A stretch of DNA of 64,000 nucleotides, taken from positions 1 to 64,000 of the forward strand of contig MEDY01000147.1 of the NCBI GenBank assembly GCA_001724265.1, given 5' to 3'. This DNA comes from Rhizaria sp. SCN 62-66 (lineage: Eukaryota). Position numbers and translations under genes: made by a program. Of this stretch, positions 50,379 through 63,794 are shown in pieces (positions within the stretch are counted from its first letter, which is position 1; each line of letters starts with the position of its first letter). The notes beneath the pieces are model-generated. The model was not told where the DNA came from. It ran no database searches and was given only the letters and a program-made list of their open reading frames with translations.

Positions 50379-51621
50379 ACTGACTTTCCAAGAACAATAG
50401 ATAAGATAGATAGATTAGATGTACTGCGGCGGTCAACGAGGCAACGGATGAGCGAGCGCACGGAGGACTATGCTGTGCAGTGCTGTGCTAAGCTGTGAGT
50501 GTGTGTGGTGTGTGCGCGGGAGCGGGTGTGCGGCGCGCAGGAGACTAGAGAAAGGCAAAACGCGCGGTGAGGTGCGAGGGCGAGCAAGGCCGACAGCTGG
50601 CTGCTCGGCGGCGGCGGTTGTGGAAATAGTTTGGGAAACGGGTGAGTGTGTTGGTGCTCACTAAGAGTGGGCGGCGCGAGGTCAAAAGAAGCGACTACGA
50701 CTCAGCGGAGGAAGTGGGCGCACGCAAAAGAGATGGGAAAACGCTGGGTAGGCAAAAAGACGACGGGCGGGGTTAGGCGCGCACGCGAGAGAGAGAGGGA
50801 GTGAAGGCTGTTTGGAATGAAAAAAGAGGACAGGAGGGGGCGGATGGGTATGAGAAAAGCGTGCTAGGGAGGCGATAGTATTTTGTTTTGCCAATGTAAC
50901 ACAATAAACAAAAACCTCAACTCGGGGAGTATCTAATAATACGGCTGCTGCATTGCTTCGCGGTCGGAGCGGCGCACATATCCGACCCGCGAGACGTTCA
51001 GAGCGATGCCACTGGGCCTTGAGAGGTGCTCAAAGGGCGACGGGGCCCAGCAAGCCCGCCTCTGCGCAGGATGCAACCGGCCCATAGCAACAGTGTAAAC
51101 AAGCACAAAACAAGACCCATGTGCGCGGAAAACGGTTTCGCCGGGCTTGGCAGGCGTGCAAACAGGCCCAGTCAGGGGTGCATGAGCAAACTCGGCTCTC
51201 TGAGCCGACCAATTCTCAGCCCGCTCTGGGCGCCGGATATGCGCGCTTAACGCCAAAAACGACACCCATAACTACAATAGTGCACAGGCAGCACCAAACG
51301 CGGGCCCAGAAGTGACCCACACAATCATATGCAACGCAATAAGAGTTTCCGAATCAGCCTCGTGTAGAGTCGAGACAGACAGGGCTGGCAGCGGCGGCCT
51401 AATTTGTCTCCCACAGTCGTCGGTGTGGAAGTGACCAAGCACACAGCTGGCCCCACCACAGCCACAGAGGAGGCATCAGAAGCCATCTCGTGCGACATTG
51501 TCTGACCGTCGTTGCGCCTATAATTTTACCCCGAAGCTTTTTCATCGTTATTCACATCTGTTTATTATTTTACATTCTCACTATTTGCCTTCCTCGTGTG
51601 TCCACGCCAGAACAGCGCACC

Positions 51622-52601
51622 ATGGTACGTACAATCGCCCACTTCGACTAGCCCGCATTTCCGCCTTGCGCACCGCCCTCTATTTTTATTTCTCATTAAA
51701 ACCTCAACAACCCGTAGCTTATTTTTAATATCTCACCGGATCATCTTGTTTCTGTTTCTCACGCTGCTCTTCTTGGCCTCGAACTCGATATGCATCAACA
51801 CAGGGTATCACCAAGCGCAACCGCCCCATGCCGCAGGAGTCGAAGCGCGTGCGCATCCTGACGCGCGTCACCGAGGAGTACAACGCCGCCGAGGCCGCGG
51901 CCAACCCCCGCGTTGGCTTTACCGCCGAGGACGCTCCCACCGAGACCACCGCGCTCGTCTCCCTCTCCAAGCCTGTCGTACGTCACCGTTTCACCTCTCC
52001 TCATGGCACTTTCTCTATTCGTCGTCATCTTTCTCTCGAAGCCGATCATTATTCTTCATGAAGTTGCACATGTGTTTTAATTATGTCGTGATGTACTGTA
52101 GAACTGTGAAATTATCCCGTCAAGCCATATTATTTCCATCTATATCACTCTTTGTATTTCCGTCACGTTCCTTTGACATGACATCACTCGGTCGGACTCA
52201 CTCTTGCTCTTATCCGTTTCTGCTCATTTGCATTTACTCCACAGAGCACGCTGGACATCAACTCCACGGGCTCGGTCCGCGGCGTTCGCGTTTCTGGTAA
52301 CACCTCCAAGCGCCTCCGCAAGCGCTTCAGCTCGCTCGTGGTCAAGAACAAGCTCATGACGTCGTCCTACGCCAAGCGCGTGGCCGAGCGCGAGGCGCGC
52401 GACCGCATCAAGGTCGAGCAGGCGAAGCTCAACGAGATGTCGGAGGCCATCAAGGATGCGGAGCGCCGTCGCCACAAGCAGAAGGAGGAGGCGCGCGCCG
52501 AGCGCATCAAGGCCCAGAACGCCGCCACGGGCCAGAAGCTCTCGCTTAAGACCCTCAAGAAGCTGACGCCCAAGCAGCTCAAGAAGCTCCACCGCATGTA
52601 A
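51622..52601 (+). CDS. CCDC86: CGR1/CCDC86-family rRNA-processing coiled-coil protein, ~177 aa. Exons 51622-51624 (ATG only), 51804-51977, 52245-52601
   Basis: Spliced C-terminal part GVRVSGNTSKRLRKRFSSL...TSSYAKRVAERE...coiled coil...KTLKKLTPKQLKKL fits the Cgr1 family pattern (G..SG...K.KRFS..SW.KR...K.L.R..KKQLR). Both introns start GTACGT. Ends in TAA. Confidence 0.72.
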
Positions 52602-53383
52602 GGCCGCCGCGCTCTTTATGATTGGCAGTGCCCGTGCGAATGCCACTACACATATCAGTGCAGCTATGGTGCGACCGCAAGGATCGATAGACGTCTATCG
52701 ATTGATCGATCGATAAAGGCGACGTATCGAGCTGGGGCCAGCCGCAGGTGCTGTGACAAACGCACTGAGGTTTCAGTGAAGGTTTGATTTTACACATCAG
52801 AAACATGGACACACAATATGACGTCTGATAGCACACTGTACACGTTCAAGCACACGAGCAGAGCTCTGGCTCACTGCACATGCAGTAGCGCTTGTATTGC
52901 TTGTTGTGAGACAACTCCAATTCATGTTTCTGAGGTTATAGTTACTCTAGTTTTCTTCTTTTAGCGAATAAATTTCACGCTGTTGTTACATTCACACCAT
53001 GTGTATCGCATTTCACGAAGAGTCTAAATCCCTTTACTCGGCAGGACAACGAAATGACTATAGGCAGGATCGTTTCAAAGCACAAAAAGATTTAAAGATG
53101 TTAAAGATGTCGCATTAGCCATTGTATTTAATGTAGCTGTATTGTAAGTAGTAGTATAGTACTGGCTGTACCGCGAGGACACGAGCAGAAACGGTAACAT
53201 TGCTGTTGTAATTTCGATGCCACGTCTTTTGCACGTACACAGACACAAGACACACTGCAAGCAAGGTAGGTGAGATATACCCCCCAATTAGTTCAAAATC
53301 CTCACCATCGACAGACCTCAACACAAAACCAACCTAAGCTTTCGCTTTCGCCGTCTAGAGTTTCAAGCTTTTTGATTTAGAAC

Positions 53384-55484
53384 TTAGAACTTGGCGGCAG
53401 CAGCAGCAGCGGGCTTGGCGGCCTCGCCGGAGAGCTTGCTGATCCAGTCGTCGGTCTGCTTGAGCACGTCGGTAGCCTTGCCGAGGGTGGCCTTGACGTC
53501 GGCCTCGGACTCGAACTTGACACCCGCAGTCTTAGCAACATCGGCCATGGACTTGGCCTTGGGCTTCTTGCCACCCTTCTTGGCGCCGGCCTTCTTGGGC
53601 TCCTTGATCGCGACAGTCTTGGAGTCGGGGGACGCGGCGGCGGCGACGAGGTTACCGGAGAGCTCAGCGGTGAGCTTGGCCTCCTCCTTGCGCTGCTTGG
53701 CGATCTCGGCCGCCTCGGCGTCGTCGCGGTCGTGCATCTTGTCCTCGGCCGCGCGCGCGTTGCGCTTGGCGAGCTTGGCGCGGAACTTCTTGTTGTCGCC
53801 GAACTTGGACATGATGTTCAGGGCGGTCTTCTCGACGGTACTGCCCTTGGGGTTGAAGAACTGCTTGCCGTGCTTCTTGGCGTTGCGCTTGCGGAAGCGG
53901 CGGGCGGCCTGCTTGGCGTTGCGGGCGCGCTTGTTGGCACCGGACTTCTGCTCCTGGGCCTTGGCCGCGCTGGCAGCAAGGTTCTGCTGCTTCTTGGCGG
54001 CAGCGGCAGCGAGGTCGAAGTACTTCTTGGCCTTGGCGGCGTCCGAGTTCTGGTACTTAACGGCGAGGCGCTGGTACTCAGCAGCCTTGTCGTTGGCCTC
54101 AGTGGCCTGCAGCTGAAGCTTCTTCTGGTTGGCAGCAAACTCCTCAGCCTTCTTCTTCTCGGCAATCATCTTAGCGGCCTCGAGCTTCACAGCATCCGTC
54201 GACGCAGTGCCGGACGCCTTGGCGGCGGCGGCGCGGCGCGCGGCGGCGAGCTTAGCGCGCAGCTGGGCGATCTTAGCGGTCTGGTCGGCGCTGCCCGTGG
54301 AGGCGCGGCGACCCTTACGGCCATTGCGGCGGCGGTTGCGGCGGGCGGCGCGGCGGGCCTTGCGGGCAGCGCGGCAAGCCTTGCCGGCGACGCCCTTGGC
54401 ACACTTGGGGCCACGGCGACCCTTACGGCCCTTGCCACCACGGCGACCCTTACGGCCCTTGCCACCACGGCGGGCGCGACGAGCCTTACGAGCAGCGCGG
54501 CAAGCCTTGCCGGCGACGCCCTTGGCGCAGCGACGACGGAGCTTGCGGCCCTTGCCACCACGGCGGGCGCGACGAGCCTTGCGGGCAGCGCGGCAAGCCT
54601 TGCCGGCGACGCCCTTGGCACACTTGGGGCCACGGCGACCCTTACGGCCCTTGCCACCACGGCGAGCGCGGCGGGCGGCACGGCGAGCCTTGCGGGCAGC
54701 ACGGCAGGCGTTGCCGGCAGCACCCTTGGCGCACTTGGGGCCCTTGCGGCCACGGCGAGCCTTGCGTCCCTTGCGGCCACGGCGAGGACCCTTGCGACCC
54801 TTACGACCCTTAAGACCCTTGCGACCCTTGCGCCCGCGACGAGCGCGGCGGATGCCACGGCGTCCACGACGGTGACGACGGTGGCGGCGACGGCGGTCCA
54901 TGCTCACGCTGGCGCGAACCATGGGAACCTCCATCACAGCAGTGGAGTCAACCTCGGCAGAGAGCTCGAGGAGAGCAGTCTCGCCCTTGAGGGCGACGGA
55001 GTTGTCGAACTGAGCAAGCTCGTACGACGCATCGCTGCTAGCAGTGCTCCCGACTAAACAAGGAGAGGACAGAAAAAGAGGCACAATACAAAAGAAAATC
55101 GAAGAAAGACACGTGTGAGGCAAAGTGCACCGAGAATGTGACGTCGAACAAAGGAGCAAGAGGGGACAGGCCTGGGCAGGGCTGTAGGGGCAAAAGGAGA
55201 ACATCTCACAGCTCCTGTCTGGCACGCAAGCGCGTTGAACAAGACTGCCAGAGAGCATGGCGGTAGGTCTAGATAGGACACACTGACTCTGCGTAGTGAT
55301 GTGCGTTCACAAGGCCGCTGTAGCGTGCACAAAGGGCTGCAGGATGGGGTCAATCGAGAGTGGGTTCGATTGGTCGGGTTGGCAGATTAAAAAGTGGTTC
55401 ATTGGGAAGGAAAAGGTCGGAGGACGTACCAGAGAACAAGGCCAGCAGAGCGACCAACACACCGATAAACCAAAAATGCTTCAT
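53384..55484 (-). CDS. Putative secreted, highly basic Arg/Lys/Gly-rich repeat protein, ~574 aa. Exons 55484-55430 (signal peptide) and 55053-53384
   Basis: Exon 1 encodes MKHFWFIGVLVALLALFS, followed by a phase-1 GTACGT donor matching the phase-1 TTTAG acceptor at 55055-55054. Then an acidic pro-like segment, a polybasic region, 4 CAKGxAGxAC repeats and an Ala/Lys helical C-terminus. Strongly biased codon use. Ends in TAA. Confidence 0.85.
54320..54800 (-). repeat. Imperfect coding tandem repeat, 4 copies of (GKGRKGRRGPK)CAKGVAGKACRAARKARRA
   Basis: The plus-strand block gcagcgcggcaagccttgccggcgacgcccttggc recurs at ~54366, ~54492 and ~54585, with a variant at ~54696. Confidence 0.9.
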
Positions 55485-56432
55485 AGTAGAGCAATTAGGT
55501 CTTCTTCGCAGAGAACGAGGCCGAGAATGAGGGGCTCAAGAACCCCCTTGGGAGGCAGGTGCCCCCACTCTAAGGGGGGGCTCGACTACTTAGCTCACGG
55601 TCATCAGCTTGCCCACAGTCGCGTTCGACCTCGAGAAGATCATTGTAGCGTCTATTTCTATCTTTTTCATTTATTTTTAGAAGATATAAAACATGTTTAC
55701 AATTACCTCGTAAAAGAATTCTTTTAAGAATACACTAGCATTTTCATTCGTAAAATATCGAGCTCTGGGAGGACGCGTTTATGGTGCTGACTGGGCTCCT
55801 CCCAGTCAAGCTCTGTCGGCGCGGGTTGGTTGACCGTTGCTCTTTCTCTTCGATTGCACTGTGGGAGTTCAAATCAAGGCAGTTGGACTGGGCGACTTGC
55901 GATCGAGATTCCGCCATGTTGCGTTCGTTGTTAGCGTGCCAAGTTTAAAAATACGCCTGATCGAGGGCGTATTTACACATTTCCTTTTTAATATTTCGCT
56001 GCAAGTGCCCTATTTGTCCCAATTCTACCTGTTGGTGAATGCACACAGACGATGTAGCCGTTCCTCAACCAACCTCTCTTCGGTGCTGCACTTGGAGCCC
56101 TGAACCTCTCCCATTTTAATTTTCGTTCACTTCTATTAAACATTACGTATTTTCTACTTCTCACTTACGTTTTAGTGCTTCGCGGAGTCGATTTTGCATT
56201 GTCTGCGTCTGCGCTTTAACACCTACCCGTTTTTTCCCCCAGCCCAGCTCGTTGGAGGTCCACTCCTTCCTTCACGCTCACAGCCGCACCAGCGCCGCGC
56301 CCGCGCCAGTGTTGTTGTTGTGTGTCTTTGCTGTTTGCTCTTGTGTCAGTGCTCCAATCTTTACTTGTCGACACAACACAACAGCTGTAACAGCCTCACG
56401 CTCCCTGCGTGACGAACACTTCGGTTAGCAAG

Positions 56433-59400
56433 ATGATGCAGTTCCGCCACACAAAGACCATCACGTCACCGACACGCTTCGACGCGGCGGGCCACTACGA
56501 GAAGCGCGTGCTGGCCATGGCGTGGGCGCCCAACTCATACCGTCTTGCCGTCGCGCTCGCGGACAACTGGATCTACCTGTTCGACGAGAATCTGGAGCTC
56601 ATGGACCGCTTCCCCACGAAGCCCGCCAACAAGCCCGCCGACGGGAGCCCTGCGGCGCCGTACTCCGTCCGCGGCCTCGCCTTTTCGCCCGACTCGGAGC
56701 GGCTGGCGATCGCACAGTCGGACGATATCGTATTCGTGTACCGCCTGGGCGCGACGTGGGAGGACAAAAAGGCCATCGTCAACAAGTTCTACCTCCAGAC
56801 GGGCGGCGCACACATCCCGGATCAGAGCATCACCTCGGTCTGCTGGCCCTCAAAGCGCCCCAACGAGATCGTTTTCGGGCTCGCCAACGGCTCCGTCAAG
56901 GTCGGCGTCTCCAAGGTCAACCGGGTGATCACTCTCTACGACACGACGTCCTTCGTCCTGGGCCTGGCCCCGTGCACCGACGGCAACTCGTTCGTGTCCG
57001 CGCACGCCGACGGCACGATCCGCAAGTACTCGTTCCCGAACGGGCCCGACGTGCCGGCGTCGAGCATGGTGCTGGTGAAGCTCGACTTCATCCCCTACCA
57101 CATCGCCGTCGGCGAGCATGTGCTCGTGGCGGGCACCGTGACAGACACGCAGCCGCACAAGAAGCTCGTGTCCGGAGACAACATTGTGCAGGCCATCGAC
57201 CTCTTTGGACAGACCATCCAGCAGCTCAGCTACAACAGCAACAACCCCGAGGGCGCGGTCGACCTCGCCTCCGCGCCCTCGACGGCCGCGGGCGGCAAGG
57301 CGCTGACGAACCGCTTCCCGCCGTCGCGCGAATTCTCCTCCTGCGCCATGGCGCCCTCCGGCCAGCTGATGATCCTCGGCATGTTCGACCGCTTTGAGGC
57401 CTTCTCCTTCAACGCCACGCGCAAGCGCTGGGAGTTCGTCAAGAACATCCCTTCGGTCGAACAGCTGCTGTCGATCAACGCCGTCGCCTGGAAGCCAGAC
57501 GGCTCCAAGCTCACCGTCGGCTCCGTCTCGGGCGCCTTGGACGCGTTCGACGTCTGCCTCAAGCGCGCGCTGTACCGCGGCCAGTACGAGTTCCTGTACA
57601 CGTCGTTGTCGTCGGTAATCATCAAGCGGCTGGCGACGGGCGCCAAAGTGGCCGTGCAGTCGCGCTTCGGCTGCGAGATCCAGAAGCTCAACGTCTACCA
57701 CGACCGCTACGTCGTTGCTAACACACCCGAGACGCTGCTGCTCGCGGACCTGGACGCCGGGCTCATCTCCGAGGTGCGCATGGTGCTCGACTACAACGCG
57801 ACCAGCAACGACAGCAACGGCGGGCTGCTTCCGGCCCGCAATGGCGCTGGCGCCGCTGGCGCTGCCGTCAGCGGCGCGCACCGCGGGCCGCGGTACCTAT
57901 TCGAGGCCGAGGGCGCGTGTGTGGTGCACAACAGCGGTGAGCTGAGCGTGATCGAGTATGGCCACAGCGCGCCCACAGGCTCGGTCCGCACCGAGCACTT
58001 CTCGCCCTACCTGCTCTCGCTCGTCATCCAGAAGGACGGGGCCAACAGCGCCGGCGGCGGCGTCGTGCCCGCGGGCGCTGGCGTGGGCGCCGCCGGCGCG
58101 GGCGGCGTGAAGCGGCTGGCGTACCTGCTCGACTCGCAGGCCGTGCGCGTGGTGGACCTGGTGTCGCAAACGGCGCTGGCGTCGGCCACGCACGACGCGA
58201 CCGTCGACTGGCTGGAGCTGAACCAGACGGGCACCAAGCTGCTCTTCCGCGACAAGCGCCGCACGCTCGTGCTGCTCGACATCCTGACGCAGACGCGCAC
58301 GACGCTGCTCAACTACTGCGCCTACGTGCAGTGGGTGCCCGGCGCGGACGTGATCGTGGCGCAGGGCCGCGGCGCGCTGCACGTGTGGTACGACCCCGAC
58401 CAGCCGACGGACGTGACGGTGATCCCGGTGCAAGGCGACGCGACCGAGATCGAGCGTGTGCAGCACTCGGCCTCGGGCGCGGGGCAGACCTGGGTCACCG
58501 TCGACCAGGGCATCGACACGGTCCGCATTTCTCTCAACGACGCGCTCATCAACTTCGGCACCGCGGTTCGCGCGGGCGACCTGCACTCGGCCGCAGCGAC
58601 GCTCGAGACGCTGGCCGCCGAGGCCGCCGAGACGCGCCGCCACGCGGCCGCGGCGGCCAGTCTGCTGGCCAGCAACGGCGGTGCGGGCGCGGGCGGCGAC
58701 CCGCTGCTGCTGCCCGACGCCGCCACGGGCCAGGCCAGCGCCACGTCGGCGGCCGCGGCGACCGACACGATGTGGGTCACTCTGGCGCGCTTGGCGCTGG
58801 GCAAGGGCGACTTCGTGGTCGCACAGCGGTGCTACGCGGCGCTGCAAGACGTCGCCAAGTCGGCCTACCTCGACAAGGTGGTGCGCCAGGTCGCCGCTGA
58901 GAAGGCAGGCGGGCATTTCAGCGGCGTGCAGTCGCCGCAGGTCCGCGCGCTGCTGCTGGCGCTGGGCAAGCAGCCCAAGGCGGCCCAGGGCGCTTTGCTC
59001 GAGGCGGGCATGGTCGAGGAGGCTGTGGCTCTGTGCCGCCGCCTGCACAAGTGGGAGGAGGCGCTCCAGATCGCGGCTGCGCGCAACCTGCCCTCGCTGC
59101 CGCAGCTGCAGCACGACTACCTGGCCTACCTCGTCGCCACCAAGCAGGAGGAGCGCGCCGGCGAGCTCAAGGAGAAGGCCGGCGACCTGGCCGCGGCGCT
59201 GCAACTCTACCTGCGCGGCGGCTTCCCCGCCCGCGCCGCGCAGCTCATCCTTAAGGCGAACCTGCTGCATGACACGGCGCTGTGCGAGGAGGTCCACCAG
59301 TCGCTGCTGCGCGGCCGCTGCTTCGAGAAGGCCGGCGAGCTGCTGGCCGCGCGCCGCGAACCCCAGCGCGCGCTCGACGCCTACCGCCAGGGCCGCTGCT

Positions 59401-62400
59401 ACAACAAGGCGCTGGAGCTGTGCCGCGCTGCGTTCCCGGCCAAGCTGGTCGCGCTCGAGGAGGAGTGGGGCGACTACCTCGTCACCCAACGCCAGTACGT
59501 CGATCGTCACTTAAGCAGACAAAATCTTCATATGAGCTCATTGATATTTACATTTTCATTCTATAATTACCAAGATGATGTATTCTTATGATAGTATTCT
59601 TCTGATATATTTGTAAACTCTAACATTCTCTTCATCCGTATTTGCTCTTTCGCAACTCTCCTCACCTTAGGTACGACGCTGCTTGCGCGCACTTCATGGA
59701 GGCGCATCACTACCTCAAGGCGGTGCAGGCCGCGATTGGCGCCGAGCAGTGGGCGCGCGCCGTGAGCATCGCGGCCACGATTGACCCCGCCGATGCGGCG
59801 CCATACCTGCGCAAGGTCGGCCAGCACTACGCCTCGGCGCGGCGCTGGCCCGAAGCTGAGAAGGCCTTCGTCGACGGCGGCGCCCCGCAGGAGGCGGTGG
59901 CGATGTACGGCAAGGCAGGCGAGTGGGACAAGGCGTACCGCATTGCCAAGACGTTTATGCGCCCGCACGAGCTGATGCACATGTTCGTGTCGCAGGCGCA
60001 GAAGGCCGAGGCCGATGCTGTGACCGAGGGCGCCGCCACGGGCCGCGGCGCGGGCTCGGTTAACGTGAGCAAGCTGCAGGAGGCGGAGCGGCTGCTGGTG
60101 ACCGTGGGCGAGGTCGACCGCGCGATCGCGATGTACAAGAAGCACTACCTGTTTGAGGACATGTTGCGGCTGGTGCGTGAGCACCGGTCCGAGCTCGAGG
60201 TCGAGACGCACCTGCATCTGGCGCGCAAGCTGGAGAAGGAGGGCAACCTGGCGCAGGCTGAGGAGTACTTCCTGCGCGCCAAGGAGTGGAAGCCATGCGT
60301 GGCGATGTACCGCGAGCACAACCGCTGGCAGGACTGCCTGCGCGTCGCCAAGGAGCACGGCGGGCCCGCGGCCTTCAAGCAGGTCGCCTACGCCTATGCC
60401 ACCTCGGTTGGCGACGACGCGGGCGTCAAGTTCCTCGCCGAGCACAACCTGGCGGAGCAGGCCGTAGCCTTTGCGATCGAGCGCGGCGAGTGGGACTCGG
60501 CCTTCATGCTGGCCGAGAAGTCGTGCCGCCACAAGCTGCCTGAGGTGCACCTGCAGCGCGCGATGGCATACGAGGACGAGGGCCGCTTCGCCGACGCCGA
60601 GCGGGGCTTCCTGCTTGCCAACAAGCCACGCGAGGCGATCGAGATGCACATCCACCAGAAGGACTGGACGGCGGCGACGCGCATCGCGACGCAGGCGGAC
60701 CCGTCGATGCTGCCCGACATCGCCGTCGCGCAGGGCCGCGCGGCCGCTGAGGCGGGGGCGTGGGCGCAGGCTGAGGCCTACTACCTGCAGGCGCAGCAAC
60801 CGCAGCACGCACTGACGATGTACCGCGAGCAGGGCCGCTGGGACGACGCCATCCGCCTCGCGCGCCAGTACTCGCAGAAGGACGTCGCCTCACTCGAGAC
60901 GGAGAAGCTGCGCGGGACCGCGGCGGCCGCGACACCCGACTCGGGCGACTACCTGCTCTCGCAGGCGCGCGTGGCCGAGTCGCAACGGCAAATCCCGGCC
61001 GCGGTGGACCAGTACCTGCTGCTGGCGCCGGGCCACGTCGCTGCGGGCACGCAATTGCCCTCGCTGGCCGCGCTGGCCGATGTGCTGGCGCACGCCACGC
61101 GCCTCGCCACGCAGCACCTCCCGCGCCAGCAGGCGCAGGTCGCTGTGCGCGCGGCCGCGCCCAAGCTCGTCGCCGCGGGCGCCGCCGACCGCGCCGGGCG
61201 CGCGCTCGCCGAGGTGGGGCTCGTCGAGGAGGCGCTGCAGCTGCTTGTGCGTGAGGACAAGGGCGACGTTGCCACAGAGCTCGCGCGCACCTACGGCGGC
61301 TACGAGATGGTCCGCACCGTCGAGGCCATGCGCCAGGTACGCACATTTCTTTTTCTTATTTTGGAAATATCTCGACACATATTTGTTTTTTATTCGTATG
61401 TCTGTTGCTTTTATGTTTGTACGCGCCTATATCACAAATCTATCTTTCATTTAATGCCCTTTCTCACCCCTGATCATAGGACCACCTGCGGCAGAACAAC
61501 CGCATCGAGGAGCTGGCCCCGCGCAACGCGGGCATGGCGGTGGACGTGTACGCACAGGCGGGTCAGTGGGACAAGGTGCTGGAGCTGGCGCGCCAGCAGG
61601 GCCCCGCGGCGGTGCACCTGTACGCGGCCAACCACGCCGCCAAGCTCGTCTCCGAAGGCCGCTTCAAGGCCGCCGTGTCGATCCTCGCGCAGCACGGCTG
61701 CGAGGCGGCGCCCAGCGTGTTCCCGCTGCTGCGCCGCGTGTCGCAGGAGGTGCTGGCGATGAGTGAGGAGAAGCTCGGCGACGACGCCGGCGCCGCCTCG
61801 GCCACCGGCGGCTATCAGCTCACGGGCCCCGCGGGCGCCGACGGACTCCCGTTTGTCTCGCTGCCGGCCGCAATGGACGCGCTCAAGCGCGTGCTGCTGG
61901 CTGTGCTCGCGGGCGTCACGGCCAACAACAGCGCGGCCATCACGACGGCCGAGCACGCCGCCGCGGTAACGGAGCTGCGCCGCTTCGCGTCTGTGGCGCA
62001 CCTCTTTGCGACGCGCGAGAAGGCCAAGGCCTCGGGCGCGCTGCCGATCGCGGCCAAGCTGTCGATGGCGCTGCTGCGCGCCTCGAACCTGCTGCCCGTG
62101 GACCGTGCGTTCCTGGAGGCCGGCAACGCGTGCCGCGCGCTGAGCGACAAGGCGCCCGCGTGGCACTCGAACGCGCTCGTCTTTTACAACCGCTTCATCG
62201 ACCTACACGACGCTATCTCAGACCCCGAGATGGGGAACATCACCAACAAGGACTTCGAGGGCACCGACATCCCCAGCCCGTACGACATGCCGCTGCCGTC
62301 GCGCCACTGCGTGCCCTCGGCGCTGGCCGAGGAGGTCCGCGACTGGGTCCTGGAGAAGATCGCCGACGGCGAGCAGAGGCTCGCGCAGCGCCGGTGCGAG

Positions 62401-62616
62401 AACTGCAACAAGGACACGTACGCGGCGAACTTGGCGTGCTTCACGTGCCGCGCCAAGCACGACGAGTGCGTCGTGACGGGCTGGCCCGTGCTTAAGGCCA
62501 CCGCCGTGCAGTGCGGCGGCTGCGGCAAGAAGGCCAACCGGCTCGACTGGAACGAGTGGGTCGACGCCAAGAAGGCCTGTCCTTGGTGCGACGCCGCGCA
62601 GAAGCCGCAGTATTAA
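56433..62616 (+). CDS. IFT172: Intraflagellar transport protein 172, ~1954 aa. Exons 56433-59494, 59671-61336, 61480-62616
   Basis: MQFRH..., AWAPN...A.AD..IYLFDE....DRFPTKPA, Y.V.GLAFSPDS..LAIAQSD.IVFVY.LG..W.DKKAI.NKF, DWLELN.TG.KLLFRDKR, YVQWVPG.DVIVAQ, TPR-like repeats, AL VFYNRFIDL.DAI, DF..TDIP, EEVRDWVL, CVVTG, C-terminal CxxC clusters. Ends in TAA. Confidence 0.97.
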
Positions 62617-63343
62617 GCCGGTTGCGGTGTGATCTTGTGCGAGAGTTATCGTGATGATTCATTCGTTGGAGTATGAAGAGAGCGGACATTGTGTACTGGT
62701 ATGAGATATTTGTATTAGTTGTTGCATACAGCTGTATTATATGAAGGGATGGAGGGGACCGTTTTAGTATATTGTGTATTTCTATGATAACACTGCTTGA
62801 ATACAATTTCAAGTCAATTGACGTTTATTTTGCTAAGCTTCGACTCTGGTTTGTATGTGTACTGACTGTGAGCGTGACGATGTGACGAAACGGGTGGGCT
62901 GCTGTTGTGTCACGAAGGTTCAGAAGGGGGCACTGTCAGCAAAATTAAACCAGAGCTTCTCGATGCAGTAGTCCGTGGTTTGTGCTGTTTTTGCAATGTT
63001 AAACAACAATAGATTGTTTATTATAACACACTGAACGTTCATTGACATGTCAAGCGATCTTCACGATCTTTCGAGACGGATATGGTTCGCCTCGCGCTCG
63101 GCGTAATTCACTCCTCCCTCTGCTTCTAATCCAGTCGCTCCAACTTCACAGTCGATGCAGTTCAAAACAATCTTACAAAGAAAGTAAAAAGATTGGTTGT
63201 TTTAATTGTTTGTGCCACTTTCAGTGAATAACATCGTTGATGCTCCTGCCTTTGATCCCTGAATGCACTTTTCGTGACGCCATCTCACGGTAACTCCCAT
63301 CGTCCCCGCTCTGTTTCGCTCTGTCTAGCCCCCGTTCCTGTCC

Positions 63344-63794
63344 ATGGAGCTCAACGTCCCCGACGCCGTGCAGCAGATCCCTGGCGACTTTTCCCCGGGC
63401 ATTACGCTCGCGCGCTTTACGCGCACGACCGCGGAGGAGGCCGCGCCCGCGCACTCGTGGGAATCGCTTGACACGAGCATCTACTCGGTCCGCGCCACCC
63501 CCGACCTCGAGAACTACACAGCCCCCGCGGCGCCTGCGCTGTTCGAGACCTTTGCCGTTGACTTTGTGCACTCGGATCTTAAGGTGACGTCGGTGGCGCG
63601 CCGCATCACGCTCAACAACGAGCTCAAGGCCGACGGCAAGATGGTTGGCGGGATTCCCCGCGTCTTCATCATGAACTGGGTGCTGCCGCGCTACGACCCG
63701 CCGAACCCGCTCTGGGGCGCAGACCAGACTAACGGCGAGGGGTACAACATTATCATCTACGCCAAGCTTGCCGCCAACATCCAGCAGGCCATCG
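63344..63794 (+). CDS. DUF1336/EDR2 C-terminal-like domain protein, first exon (gene continues past the window)
   Basis: SW...D..YSVR......APA.PALF....VDF..SD.KV..VA....PRVFIMNW.LP.Y.....GEGYNII.Y resembles the DUF1336 N-terminal half. GTACGT donor at 63795. Confidence 0.6.

Noticed and set aside
12489-52601. Functional clustering of ribosome-biogenesis genes (TAF1B-like, UTP15, CCDC86, RPL30)
   Set aside because: They are interspersed with unrelated genes and in mixed orientation; compatible with chance in a compact genome.
55054-55429. ORF-track start at 55258 for the basic repeat protein, and a protamine/histone H1 call
   Set aside because: 55429-55054 has GTACGT and TTTAG ends in matching phase and an upstream signal-peptide exon, so that N-terminus is intronic and a chromatin role is unlikely.
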